IMG/VR virus record: IMGVR_UViG_3300005286_000518 | Coordinates: 1 to 44,159 of that record | Strand: one strand, 5' to 3' | From: a virus | Taxonomy: Duplodnaviria; Caudoviricetes | DNA length: 44,159 bases | Shown here: piece by piece, positions 7,993 to 17,181 of the stretch | How positions within the stretch are numbered: position 1 is the stretch's first letter | Layout of the letters: each line of letters opens with the position of its first letter | The notes under the pieces: model-generated | The model's database searches: none | The model's input: only the letters and a program-made list of their open reading frames with translations | What the model was told of the DNA's origin: nothing | Position numbers and translations under genes: made by a program

Positions 7993-8202
7993 CTATGTTT
8001 CCTTGCGATTCAGTAGGTGCTGTACTTTCTGGGTGTGGTCAATGCCCAATGCTTTGCCAATCTCGCCTAGGGTGTGGCCGTCTGCCCGCATTTTCTTGGC
8101 GGTGGCTACTTCGTCATCCGTGTAGCGGCGGTAGGGTTTGAGGGAGCGCTTGACTTGGCCCGTGCCGTTGCAGCAGGGGCAGGTGATGAGGGTGTCAGTC
8201 AT
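7993..8202 (-). CDS. Small protein with CxxC motif and HTH-like C-terminus
   Basis: CPCCNGTG and ADGHTLGEIGKALGI. Confidence 0.7.
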   Translation of the reverse strand: MTDTLITCPCCNGTGQVKRSLKPYRRYTDDEVATAKKMRADGHTLGEIGKALGIDHTQKVQHLLNRKET

Positions 8203-8218
8203 AGAGGGGAGTTAGGGA

Positions 8219-8518
8219 TCAATCTTCGAGTTCGGATACGTGGATAGTCTCGATGTTGCCGCTAGGGAAGCGGACCCGGAGCCACTGGCCTTTGCCGTTG
8301 CTCTTGGCAGCCTCTAGTTGCATCAACGTGTCAGTCGTTCGTCGTTTCCATTCTTTCAATTCCTCAGCAGACCAACCAGGGGCCTCTAAGGGATGAAGGC
8401 GAAAATCGGCCGACAGCTGTGATACCCACGCGTCAACAGCGGGATTGGTTCCTTCTTCCAGAACGTGTATCAGGGCGCCATTCTTGTGCTTGTAGGTTGT
8501 TTTGAGTTTGTACTCCAT
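8219..8518 (-). CDS. Hypothetical protein
   Basis: 99 aa; shares a 16-bp start context with the gene at 8202. Confidence 0.7.
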   Translation of the reverse strand: MEYKLKTTYKHKNGALIHVLEEGTNPAVDAWVSQLSADFRLHPLEAPGWSAEELKEWKRRTTDTLMQLEAAKSNGKGQWLRVRFPSGNIETIHVSELED

Positions 8519-8558
8519 AGAGGGGAGTTAGTTAAAGGTTAATCTGCGGAGTCAGTCT

Positions 8559-8825
8559 TTATGGAAGACCGTTCCAATTCGCCATCTCATAACCCTTTGA
8601 ACTGTTCTTAATTTCTCCGTCTACAATGTCACTAAAGTGAGCGGCTATGTTGTAAATCCTGTATGCAGGATAGATGAACTCCCTAAGTGGGGAACCATCA
8701 CGCTCTATCGTTACTAAAGCATCACCCTTTTCGGTTTCAGTGTCTTCTAAACGCCATGCCCTGACTCTAAAACCACGATCAATGATTTCGTAGATAGGCA
8801 GTTCAGTTCTCTTTGTTCTGTTCAT
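8559..8825 (-). CDS. Hypothetical protein
   Basis: 88 aa, AT-rich, in the leftward small-gene operon. Confidence 0.7.
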   Translation of the reverse strand: MNRTKRTELPIYEIIDRGFRVRAWRLEDTETEKGDALVTIERDGSPLREFIYPAYRIYNIAAHFSDIVDGEIKNSSKGYEMANWNGLP

Positions 8826-8873
8826 AATGTGGCTTAATTAGGGGATGGGGCGGGAAACCGCCCCGGTTAGTGA

Positions 8874-9116
8874 TTATTTGAGGATGAATGTCCAGCCATC
8901 ATCTGAGATGACTTCTTCGATGTGCTCTCGTTGCTCTTCGGTGGTTTCTTCCGGCAGGGTGACGATCAGTTGGTAGGTGGTGCCAAACGGCCGGTTGGTG
9001 ACGGTGGCCTCTAAGCCGAACTGGTCCCGGATGTAAGAGCGGAGGTACTTGCGTTCGTAGGCGCGGACTTCTGCCGCGGTCTTGCCCTTGATTTTCGCTG
9101 GGTCGTATAGCTCCAT
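8874..9116 (-). CDS. Hypothetical protein
   Basis: 80 aa, in the leftward operon. Confidence 0.7.
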   Translation of the reverse strand: MELYDPAKIKGKTAAEVRAYERKYLRSYIRDQFGLEATVTNRPFGTTYQLIVTLPEETTEEQREHIEEVISDDGWTFILK

Positions 9117-9157
9117 GGTGTGTTGATTAGGTTGGTAAGGTGTCCGGCGCTCTCCCC

Positions 9158-9277
9158 CTACCAGGGGAAGAACGCCTTGAGGATGGCTCCCAGTTCCTTG
9201 AGGACTCCTTTGAGGATGCCTCGCAGTTCGCGGGTGAGGATGCTTTGGTTGATCCTCTGCCAGAGTGTCTTGCTCAT
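9158..9277 (-). CDS. 39-aa basic amphipathic peptide (MSKTLWQRINQSILTRELRGILKGVLKELGAILKAFFPW)
   Basis: Manual translation; first ORF after a promoter-like region; TAACCAATCGCCC-ATG start context. Confidence 0.55.
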   Translation of the reverse strand: MSKTLWQRINQSILTRELRGILKGVLKELGAILKAFFPW

Positions 9278-9303
9278 GGGCGATTGGTTACTTCTTAGAC
9301 ATC

Positions 9304-9335
9304 ATTATAATGCCAGAACCCTCACTTGTTGTCAA
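9304..9335 (-). promoter_or_regulatory. Putative leftward promoter
   Basis: TTGACA and TATAAT on the minus strand, but 20 nt apart (a 17-nt spacing gives CATTAT). Confidence 0.5.
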
Positions 9336-9387
9336 CAGTTGGTAATAGTGTGAAATGTGAGATTATCAGGTTCAAATCCGGCGTCAG

Positions 9388-9421
9388 AAAAAGAAAACCC
9401 CCAAGCGATGTGCTTGAGGGT
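9388..9421 (-). terminator. Intrinsic terminator ending the ATPase/relaxase operon
   Basis: ACCC-C-CAAGC/GCTTG-A-GGGT stem with an A-run on the + strand (U-tract on the minus strand). Confidence 0.6.
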
Positions 9422-9426
9422 GAGAA

Positions 9427-9708
9427 TTAATACTGGTCGCTCAGCAGCAGCGTGGTAACACTGCGGTCCCATTCGGTAATCACGTAACACTTGCGCTGGT
9501 CCGGGAGCTTATAGCAGGAGAAGATGCGCTCTCCGTCCCTGAGCGCTCGCTTATTGGCGTTCTTGTCTTCCTGGTCCAGATCCCCATCGTCGCCCAACAC
9601 ATGCCGCATGATGAGACTGGCGGGAGAAATGCCCTGGCTGATGCAGGCGGCCAAAGCTTCCGGGGTGGAAACCAGGCGGCCTAAATCAAACAGTGGCTCC
9701 GCGCCCAT
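9427..9708 (-). CDS. Conserved plasmid/ICE-associated small protein
   Basis: LFDLGRLVSTPEAL...RHVLGDDGDL..EDKNAN...ITEWDRSVTTLLL pattern seen in plasmid/ICE proteins; start taken at ATG 9708. Confidence 0.8.
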   Translation of the reverse strand: MGAEPLFDLGRLVSTPEALAACISQGISPASLIMRHVLGDDGDLDQEDKNANKRALRDGERIFSCYKLPDQRKCYVITEWDRSVTTLLLSDQY

Positions 9709-9709
9709 C

Positions 9710-10132
9710 TCAGGCCGCCTCCGCAACAAAGCGCTTGCGTTCGGGGTCGAACAGCGCACCCTCCATCGTGCCGTTCAGGTACTTCAGGTTCTTCGGGCGG
9801 GCAATGGTCGCCTCGACAAACCCAACTTCGTTATCGGCCAGAATTGCCTGCACCATCTCCCAGAGGGAATCGTGCACCTCTACCCGTTCCCTCCAGTCAG
9901 AATCAAACGGTTCGCCGTACAGCCGCTTCATGCAGGTAGCCGTAATGCGGCAGTAGCGAATCTCCGCGCCCGTGGGCTGACAGCAGAAGACGATTAACTC
10001 ATCCCAGGTCATGCCGCCCTCACCCCCGTTCGGCTCCGCCAGTTTCATGGCGTAGACCGGCTCGCTAGGCGAGAGCTGGGCAATCCATTTTTCCAAGGTG
10101 GGAAAGCCGACGTAGACCGGATAGACGTTCAT
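9710..10132 (-). CDS. Hypothetical protein
   Basis: Strong SD AAAGGAGG; 140 aa. Confidence 0.75.
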   Translation of the reverse strand: MNVYPVYVGFPTLEKWIAQLSPSEPVYAMKLAEPNGGEGGMTWDELIVFCCQPTGAEIRYCRITATCMKRLYGEPFDSDWRERVEVHDSLWEMVQAILADNEVGFVEATIARPKNLKYLNGTMEGALFDPERKRFVAEAA

Positions 10133-10169
10133 GGGTCCATCCTCCTTTCGCCGGCTTACCGTAGCAAAG

Positions 10170-10865
10170 TTACGCGGGTGGTAGAAGGGGCTTCACCTCA
10201 CCCTGATTGGTCCAGGTGATGAGGTCGGTGGTGAACCAGGCCAACTGATCCAGGACGCCGATGGAGCGCGCAATGCCCGGAATGCGGGCGGTCGATTCCA
10301 CCACGATCAAGAGGGTGGGAACGGCGCAGTCGGTGGCATCGTAGAGTCCGCTCGGCTTCCCCGCGAAAAACACGGCGTAGGCATCCGCCTTTTGTTCCCA
10401 GACGCGCAAGCCTTCCGTGTGTCTGTCGACTTCCACAATGCCGCAGAAGGGGCATTCGGGCTGGGGGATGATAACAAGAGCGTCCGGGGTGACATTCGTC
10501 CATTCTAGGCCCTTGTACGCAATCCTGGTGGCCCCGTTGGTGACGCCCCAGGCCAGCACATCCCGCACCCGGTAGTCATGGGCGAGATTATTCGGCCAGG
10601 CGGCCAGCGCTTCTTTGCGCTGTTTGCAGGTAGCCTCCGAAAGCCGCCAGAGCTTGGGGGCGCTCCCGAGACCGGAGGGGTTGATGCGGTCCACCGACAC
10701 GCGCCGACTGGTGATCCAGCCGCCCTTCTCCAGGGCCAATAAATGTCGCCGCACCGAGTATTCTGGATTGCCGGTGAGCGTCGCCAGGTGGGTTGTGGAA
10801 AGCCAGCCGTACCAGCTCAGGAGCTCGATGTACGGCTCAGTTTTGGGCTTGATCATCGGTTTCAC
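10170..10865 (-). CDS. Replication-relaxation (Replic_Relax) family protein
   Basis: N-terminal wHTH, LAHDYRVRDV, TPDALV, VEVDRHTE...KADAY motifs. Confidence 0.8.
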   Translation of the reverse strand: MKPMIKPKTEPYIELLSWYGWLSTTHLATLTGNPEYSVRRHLLALEKGGWITSRRVSVDRINPSGLGSAPKLWRLSEATCKQRKEALAAWPNNLAHDYRVRDVLAWGVTNGATRIAYKGLEWTNVTPDALVIIPQPECPFCGIVEVDRHTEGLRVWEQKADAYAVFFAGKPSGLYDATDCAVPTLLIVVESTARIPGIARSIGVLDQLAWFTTDLITWTNQGEVKPLLPPA

Positions 10866-12903
10866 CCTGATTCTTGATGATGACCAGGGGTTTGTTGCGC
10901 GCTCCTGGTTGTGGCTTTGCCGGTTCCTCCTCCGCCCGCTGTGCTTCCTCCCAGGTTTTGGCCAGGGCCGTAATCCGCGCTTCCCGAATCGGCCCGATCA
11001 CGTCCGCCACCTTGCCGGGACGCGCCCCAAAGTCCGCAAGCGTGGTAGTGGAGTCCACGACCCGCCGAATCCGAATCTCTCGGCTGGGCGCACCGTCGAT
11101 GCGAAAAATGCAGTGCCCGATAGCAAGCTTCTGGAGCCGCTGGGAGAGCGCTTCCCGCTCCGGCGCTTTAAACTCCCGATCCGGGGCAAACCAGGGAACG
11201 GTGAGGGAAAGCCGCAGACCCTTCTCCAACCGACTCACCCCATGCAGGGGGATCTGGGAGAAGGAGGGATAGGAGAGCTTGGGCATGTGCTCGCCGATGA
11301 TCTTCTTCGCCGCATCGGGATTGCTGCCCCGCACCAGGTTCTGAAGCGCGTTCATCAGTTCCCGTCCGCCCGTGGAGGAGAAGGCCCGAAACTCCTGCTT
11401 TTCATAGCGCACCTTGCCCATGCCGTTTGCATTCTGCATGATCCAGGCAAAGAGCGCATCCCCACCTTGGAGCGGCACCAGCGAAAGTAGCCGCTCCATC
11501 TCCAGTCGAATGAGGAACCCGCCCACGGTAGGTGGCCCATCTTTCCTCATCCGCTCAAAAAGCGCTATGGCCTTCTCCTGGTCGCGCACCAACGTCACGT
11601 CCAGGAACTTGATGTTGTTCTGATGCTCCTCTTTCACCAGCAGCTTGGCGTCCGTGGGCGGCTCAGCAGCGCTAGCCAGATTGGGGGCGAATCGTTTGGC
11701 GTCATCCTCGGAAAGCTTGAAAAAGGCTCTGACCCCTGCCGTGCTCATCGAATTGAGAAAGGCTTTGTTACTCACCTGCGCCTCGTTCTGCAACGCCCAC
11801 AACAGCCGCAGGTTACTGGAGCGGGCAATGGCCGCAATATCCGCCGCCACGTCCTCAATGAAGGGCAGGACAAAGCTCGCCTCATCCACCGCAAATACCA
11901 CGGGTCGGTTGCCTGATTTCCCTCGCTCGGCAAATAAGCGGCGGGTAAACAGGCCCGATAAAGCACGCACCCCAAAGGCAGACACGCGTCTGGCATCCAC
12001 GCAGACCACGATCACCTGCTGCCGATCCCAGAGGCTCGCCAGATCAAGCGTATTTTCTTCGGCGCAGACGATCTGCTTCAAAAAGGGGTTGGTTAGGAAG
12101 TGGCGCAGTTTGTTGATGAGCGGGCCAAGGGCAGACTTTACCGCGTCCACCCGCTTGCCCGCGTGCTCTTCCGTGAAGTAGCGAATCGCCTCCTGGAACG
12201 GCAGGGAATCGTGTTTGGGATCAAGCTTCAGGAGCGCGTTTCGGTAGGCGTCGTTCGTGATGCAGCGCACCATCTCCACGATGGAAAGCTCGTGCGCCAC
12301 CATGAGCGCGGTCAGCTGATTGAGCCCGTCGAGCATCGGCCCAAAGCCCATGCGACCCTCACCCACGTACCCGATCACAAATTCCACGAAGTCCTGAATC
12401 TGGTTGGTCGGCTCCTCCTGCGGCACCAAAAACGGGTTGAGTCCGGGAATGGGAAAGTGGGGATGCACGACCGTTACCGGCACGCCCTCCGGGATGATTT
12501 CCAGGGCGCTGGCAATCCCTTCTTCCTTCGCCTCCAGGATCACCGCGCTATGGCCCATCTGCAGCTGCTGGGCCAGGATCATGCGGGAGAGCACGGTCTT
12601 TCCCACGCCCGTTCCGCCCACAATCAACGCGTGGCGGGAGAACGCCTGGTGGGGAATGGTGTAGGGATCATGGTTGGGGGCAAGGTCAAAGCGCTTCAGG
12701 TTCTCCTCGCCCCAGGGAGTGGTGAGATGCGGTTTCCACTCCTTGGGAACGCGAGGCACCGGCGGCTGCAGGGCGAAGGTGCCGACCTCAAGAGACGGCC
12801 CTATCCCCGAAGACGACGATGCAGAGAGGAGACTTTGGAGATAGGGTGTCACCCCGCTATATTTGTTTGTTTCCTCAGAAATTCCTGTTTGTTCAGGAGA
12901 CAA
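10837..12903 (-). CDS. VirD4/TraD/TrwB-like (FtsK-HerA superfamily) ATPase
   Basis: RHALIVGGTGVGKT Walker A, FAVDEA Walker B, ARS..L.L.WALQ motif; no obvious N-terminal TM anchor. Confidence 0.85.
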   Translation of the reverse strand: MSPEQTGISEETNKYSGVTPYLQSLLSASSSSGIGPSLEVGTFALQPPVPRVPKEWKPHLTTPWGEENLKRFDLAPNHDPYTIPHQAFSRHALIVGGTGVGKTVLSRMILAQQLQMGHSAVILEAKEEGIASALEIIPEGVPVTVVHPHFPIPGLNPFLVPQEEPTNQIQDFVEFVIGYVGEGRMGFGPMLDGLNQLTALMVAHELSIVEMVRCITNDAYRNALLKLDPKHDSLPFQEAIRYFTEEHAGKRVDAVKSALGPLINKLRHFLTNPFLKQIVCAEENTLDLASLWDRQQVIVVCVDARRVSAFGVRALSGLFTRRLFAERGKSGNRPVVFAVDEASFVLPFIEDVAADIAAIARSSNLRLLWALQNEAQVSNKAFLNSMSTAGVRAFFKLSEDDAKRFAPNLASAAEPPTDAKLLVKEEHQNNIKFLDVTLVRDQEKAIALFERMRKDGPPTVGGFLIRLEMERLLSLVPLQGGDALFAWIMQNANGMGKVRYEKQEFRAFSSTGGRELMNALQNLVRGSNPDAAKKIIGEHMPKLSYPSFSQIPLHGVSRLEKGLRLSLTVPWFAPDREFKAPEREALSQRLQKLAIGHCIFRIDGAPSREIRIRRVVDSTTTLADFGARPGKVADVIGPIREARITALAKTWEEAQRAEEEPAKPQPGARNKPLVIIKNQGETDDQAQN

Positions 12904-12926
12904 ACCTGCGAACAGTTTCTACCCCC

Positions 12927-12955
12927 TTGACAAGCAACGCCCGGTAGGTGATGCT
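12927..12955 (+). promoter_or_regulatory. Putative promoter of the packaging operon (leaderless)
   Basis: TTGACA, 17-nt spacer, GATGCT, then 6 nt to ATG 12962. Confidence 0.5.
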
Positions 12956-12961
12956 TTCCGC

Positions 12962-13120
12962 ATGGACCATCTCTACCGATCCGGTGATCTCTGTGATTAC
13001 TCCGTGGAGTACACCGGCTACCCCATCGGTTTTGATGACGACCTCTTAGCACTAGAAACCGCCCTCAAAGATGAGCGAGACCACTGGGAAGAAGAAGACT
13101 ATCCAGAAGCGAGCTCCTAG
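12962..13120 (+). CDS. Small acidic hypothetical protein (52 aa)
   Basis: ATG 6 nt after the putative -10; overlaps the terminase small subunit gene. Confidence 0.45.
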   Translation: MDHLYRSGDLCDYSVEYTGYPIGFDDDLLALETALKDERDHWEEEDYPEASS

Positions 13121-13514
13121 GACGCTGAAAGAGCGTCGTTTTGTTAAAGCCCTCGCTACCGCCCCATCGGCCACCCAAGCCGTGATTGATGCAGGGTACG
13201 AAGTGAGCAACCGCCACGTGGCGGAACAGATTGCATATGAGAACATGAGGAAACTTGAGATGGGTCACTGGTTCCATGAAGCAGGCTTGACTCATGAGGT
13301 GATCGCCCAGAATACCGCCGTTATTGCTCTTACAGCAACCAAGCGGGATCAGTTCAGCGGTGAGATGTATGAGGATAACACAGCTCGCTTGAAGGCTATG
13401 GAATTCGCCGCCAAGCTGATGGGTCTGCTCTCTGGCAAAGACGAAGGAGGCGACACCAACATTCACGTGAACGTCGTTAATTACGGTTCGAGTGGAAATA
13501 ACCCTTCCGTATAA
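13071..13514 (+). CDS. terS: Terminase small subunit
   Basis: KERRFVKAL...ATQAVIDAGY...IAYENMRK pattern; directly precedes TerL. Confidence 0.85.
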   Translation: MSETTGKKKTIQKRAPRTLKERRFVKALATAPSATQAVIDAGYEVSNRHVAEQIAYENMRKLEMGHWFHEAGLTHEVIAQNTAVIALTATKRDQFSGEMYEDNTARLKAMEFAAKLMGLLSGKDEGGDTNIHVNVVNYGSSGNNPSV

Positions 13515-14826
13515 CTACACCCCCCGCGACTACCAACTGCCGCTCTTCCGCGCCATGGATAGCGGCTTTTTACGTGCGGTCGCTATCTGGCACCGGCGGG
13601 CCGGAAAAGATAAATCCCTGGTCAACCTGGTAGCCAAGAAGATGCAGGAGCGGGTAGGGGCGTACTACTACTTCTTCCCCACCTACCAGCAGGGAAAGAA
13701 GATCCTCTGGAATGGAATGGACCGCAACGGGCAGAAATTTATCGACCATATTCCCAAGGCCCTCCGCAAGCGTACCGACAACTCAGAGATGCTGATCGAG
13801 CTCAAGAACGGCTCCATCTTCCAGGTGATCGGCACCGACAATATCAATTCCATCGTGGGTACCAACCCGGTCGGCTGTGTCTTCTCCGAGTACTCGCTAC
13901 AAGACCCCAGTGCCTGGTACTTCATCCGTCCGATCCTGGCAGAGAACGGAGGATGGGCGGTTTTTAACTACACCCCCCGCGGCGACAACCATGGCCATGA
14001 CCTCTACAAAATGGCCGTGCGTGATCCCTCAATCTGGTTCGTCCAGAAGCTGACCGTGGACGATACCCAGGCCATTAACCCAACCATCCTGCAGCAGGAA
14101 AAAAAAGAGATGTTCGAGCAAACCGGCTCGGACGCGCTCTACATGCAGGAGTACTACTGTTCCTTTGAAGCGCCGGTGCAGGGTTCCTACTACGGCATTC
14201 AGATGACCCAGGCGGAGAAGGACGGGCGCATTACCAACGTCCCCTATGAACCGTCTGTTCCGGTGGATACGATCTGGGACTTGGGCGTAGGCGATTCCAT
14301 GGCCATCTGGTTTGTTCAGGGTGTGGGCATGGAAATGCGGGTGATTGATTACCTAGAGGGGACAGGTGAGGGGCTGCAGTACTACGCCAAGAAGCTCCAG
14401 GAAAAGCCCTACACCTACGGCCGCCACTTCGCCCCCCATGACATTGAAGTGCGCGAACTGACCAACGGAAAGACTAGGCGAGAAACCGCCAAGAGTCTGG
14501 GCATTGATTTTGTTGTGGTGCCCAACGTCTCCCTGGATGATGGGATAGACGCGGTTCGCAACATCCTGCCGAAGTGCTGGTTCGATCAGACCAAGTGCGA
14601 GAAGGGTATCTCCTGCCTCAAGAACTACCACAAGGAATGGGACGAGAAGAACAAAGTCTTTAAGGATCGACCGGCCCACGACTGGAGCAGCCATGGAGCC
14701 GATGCCTTCCGCTACTTCGCCTTGGGCTACCGACCCATCCGAGAAAAGAAAATCCCGGTTGGAATGGTAGGGGGTAACCGCTTAGGCTATGGAAAGCGCC
14801 CCGTCTACCGCAAGCGCACGCTCTAG
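13492..14826 (+). CDS. terL: Terminase large subunit
   Basis: PRDYQ, WHRRAGKD (Walker A-like), VFSEY, TPRG, WDLG, HGADAFRY motifs. Confidence 0.95.
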   Translation: MEITLPYNYTPRDYQLPLFRAMDSGFLRAVAIWHRRAGKDKSLVNLVAKKMQERVGAYYYFFPTYQQGKKILWNGMDRNGQKFIDHIPKALRKRTDNSEMLIELKNGSIFQVIGTDNINSIVGTNPVGCVFSEYSLQDPSAWYFIRPILAENGGWAVFNYTPRGDNHGHDLYKMAVRDPSIWFVQKLTVDDTQAINPTILQQEKKEMFEQTGSDALYMQEYYCSFEAPVQGSYYGIQMTQAEKDGRITNVPYEPSVPVDTIWDLGVGDSMAIWFVQGVGMEMRVIDYLEGTGEGLQYYAKKLQEKPYTYGRHFAPHDIEVRELTNGKTRRETAKSLGIDFVVVPNVSLDDGIDAVRNILPKCWFDQTKCEKGISCLKNYHKEWDEKNKVFKDRPAHDWSSHGADAFRYFALGYRPIREKKIPVGMVGGNRLGYGKRPVYRKRTL

Positions 14827-14861
14827 CGTATAGTTGAGCCAACCAGCCCTAGTTCTCTCGT

Positions 14862-16811
14862 ATGGAGTCCTACTCCCCAGAAGCCCGCCTCAAAAAACGT
14901 ATCCAGCACGCTTTAAACGCCCAGCGCCCCAAGTTCGATCTGTTCGTCTTGCTCGATGAGGTCTACCACGTTAAAGGTAAAGACCAGCAGGGAACCGCCC
15001 AGATTCACGCCCCCGATTCCTGGAGCCATGTAGAAACCGTTGCTCCTCGCATGGTGGCTAGGCGACCTACCGTTATTTATAAGCCGAGAGAAGACAGTAA
15101 CGAATCCGGCGCGGACGCCAACCAGGCCCTCTTCAATTACTGGTGGGATAAGGATAACGCCTTCACCAAAACGGTCGCTACCGTTAAGGGGGGACTCAGA
15201 CACGGAACCAAGCTCGTGCGCTGGTACTGGAAGACGGAGAAGGGCAGAGTCCGCTCCTACATTTATGGGGAGGATGGCCGCCCAGTCCTAGAAGCCCAGG
15301 TGGTGCGTGGCGAAGATGGATCAATCCAAGGCATCACCCCACTGGCGTACCTCCCGGAAGAAGCGCTCACCAATTCCAAGTTCGCTGAGCAGAGTGAAGA
15401 GGTGGTTACCCATGACGATCCCTGCATGGAGCTCATCTCTTCCTACGACTTTTTTATTGATCCCGAAGCCACCAGCATTCAGGAAGCAGCCTGGATCATC
15501 TTCCGATTCCGAAAGGGTATCCAGGAGCTCAAAAGCTACGGCAAGTACCAGAACCTGGATGAAGTGGAAGCGGCAATTAAAGAGCTGGATGAGGAAAGCT
15601 CTCATGCCGCCCAGAGCCGAAAGTACGCCGATCTTGGCACCTTAGAGGCAGACGACACCATTGACCGCATTACCTGCTGGGAGATGTGGGAGAAGGGGCC
15701 AAACGGCATCCAGAAGTGTACCGTCTCCCATGGGCTGTTAATTGAACCCGTCCAGGACAACCCTTACTGGCATGGGCGCTACCCGTTCAGCCGCTACCTG
15801 GATTCCATTGTGGATGGTGAGTTCTGGGGCAAGGGGGAATTAGAGCCCGTGTTAACCATGCAGTGGACCCTGGATACCTTGATGAGCATGGACCTGGATA
15901 ACCGCACCCTTGCACTGGACCCCAAATGGAAGGTGAGTGGGGACGTAGACGAAGCCGAGATTTTTGAAGGTAACGTGATTCACGTCGATGAGAAGATGGG
16001 ACGCGACGCCAATCCGGTAGAAGTGCCCGACTTTACCGGCAGCTCTCAGGCGGGAATTGCCGGAGTCAGAGAGACTATGCAAAAAGCCTTGGGCATCTAC
16101 GACTATGCCAAAGGCGGAACGGAAGGCCCCTCCGATACGGCGACCGGCATCAGCGCAGTTATTGAAGCCGCCAACGCCCGCTTTAACCTCAAGATTCAGC
16201 ACCTGGAGGAGTTCATCAAGGAGATGGGCTTCTTCGTCATGAGTCTCTACCAGCAGCACCTCACCGATGAAAAATTGATCCGGGTCATGGGAGAAGATGG
16301 GGTGGAGGAAGTGGTACGCCTGTCGCCCGCGGATATTGCCGGGATGTATGACATTGATGTAGAGTCCGGCTCCAGCAAGCCCGCCAACCGGGATGCAGAG
16401 CGGGAAGCAGCCCTGCAAGTCTATGGATTGGTGTCCCAGGCCATACCTGATCCCCAGTTCCAGACGGAAGCCTTGAAGTTCGTGCTTTCCAAGTTCGACG
16501 GCGTAGAAAAGATCACCGACGCCCTGGACGGCGCTATGCAGCGGGTCCAGGAGCAGCAAGCCATGATGATGCAGCAGGAGCAGGCCATGCAGCAGCAGGT
16601 GATGGATCAGGAGGGTAGAGCCCAGGAGATGCAAGCGAGAGAAGCCCAGTTTGCCGCCCAGGAAGCGCAGTTGGATCAGGAGATTCAGCGGGCCGAGCAG
16701 ATGATGCAGATGGAGCAGGACCAGCAGAACCGAGAGACGGACCGGGCCGATAAATTTGCCTTAGAAGAGATGCGCCTGAGTGCGCGTATACCCGTAACTA
16801 GTAAGAAATGA
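14862..16811 (+). CDS. Portal protein (podovirus/P22-like)
   Basis: Follows TerL; 649 aa; DFFIDP, FWGKG, TATGIS segments; Q/M-rich C-terminal coiled coil. Confidence 0.88.
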   Translation: MESYSPEARLKKRIQHALNAQRPKFDLFVLLDEVYHVKGKDQQGTAQIHAPDSWSHVETVAPRMVARRPTVIYKPREDSNESGADANQALFNYWWDKDNAFTKTVATVKGGLRHGTKLVRWYWKTEKGRVRSYIYGEDGRPVLEAQVVRGEDGSIQGITPLAYLPEEALTNSKFAEQSEEVVTHDDPCMELISSYDFFIDPEATSIQEAAWIIFRFRKGIQELKSYGKYQNLDEVEAAIKELDEESSHAAQSRKYADLGTLEADDTIDRITCWEMWEKGPNGIQKCTVSHGLLIEPVQDNPYWHGRYPFSRYLDSIVDGEFWGKGELEPVLTMQWTLDTLMSMDLDNRTLALDPKWKVSGDVDEAEIFEGNVIHVDEKMGRDANPVEVPDFTGSSQAGIAGVRETMQKALGIYDYAKGGTEGPSDTATGISAVIEAANARFNLKIQHLEEFIKEMGFFVMSLYQQHLTDEKLIRVMGEDGVEEVVRLSPADIAGMYDIDVESGSSKPANRDAEREAALQVYGLVSQAIPDPQFQTEALKFVLSKFDGVEKITDALDGAMQRVQEQQAMMMQQEQAMQQQVMDQEGRAQEMQAREAQFAAQEAQLDQEIQRAEQMMQMEQDQQNRETDRADKFALEEMRLSARIPVTSKK

Positions 16812-17074
16812 CCCTACCGGAAAGATACAACGAGGCCAAGAGCTATAAGGAGTTAGTGGAGTCAGCAGGGTGGAAGAGTGTCGAAGCCTACCTCTCTGAC
16901 CTGGTGGATCGCGCCGCCAAATGCGCGGTGACTACCAGCTTTAATTCCCAGGCCCAAGAGCACGACTCTCTCACAGAAGCTCGTGCTTTTAATTTCGTAC
17001 TTCAGCACGTCCAGCAGAAGGCAGACTCTTTTGTCGCCCTGGAGAAGCAGGCCAAGGAGCAAGGGCTGGTGTAG
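16808..17074 (+). CDS. Small head-module protein
   Basis: ATGA overlap with portal; 'LVESAGWK' pattern typical of post-portal small ORFs. Confidence 0.75.
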   Translation: MTLPERYNEAKSYKELVESAGWKSVEAYLSDLVDRAAKCAVTTSFNSQAQEHDSLTEARAFNFVLQHVQQKADSFVALEKQAKEQGLV

Positions 17075-17181
17075 CTCTTGCATTTCTTCTGTGAGTATCC
17101 TTACAATAATCGCAACACGACCAGACACGGCGTTACGGTGTCCCTGAACCGCTACCAGGATAAAAGCGTAACCACACATTC

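Noticed and set aside
16540-16740. CAG-rich repeat at the end of the portal gene
   Set aside because: Low-complexity Q/M/E coiled-coil coding sequence, common in podoviral portals
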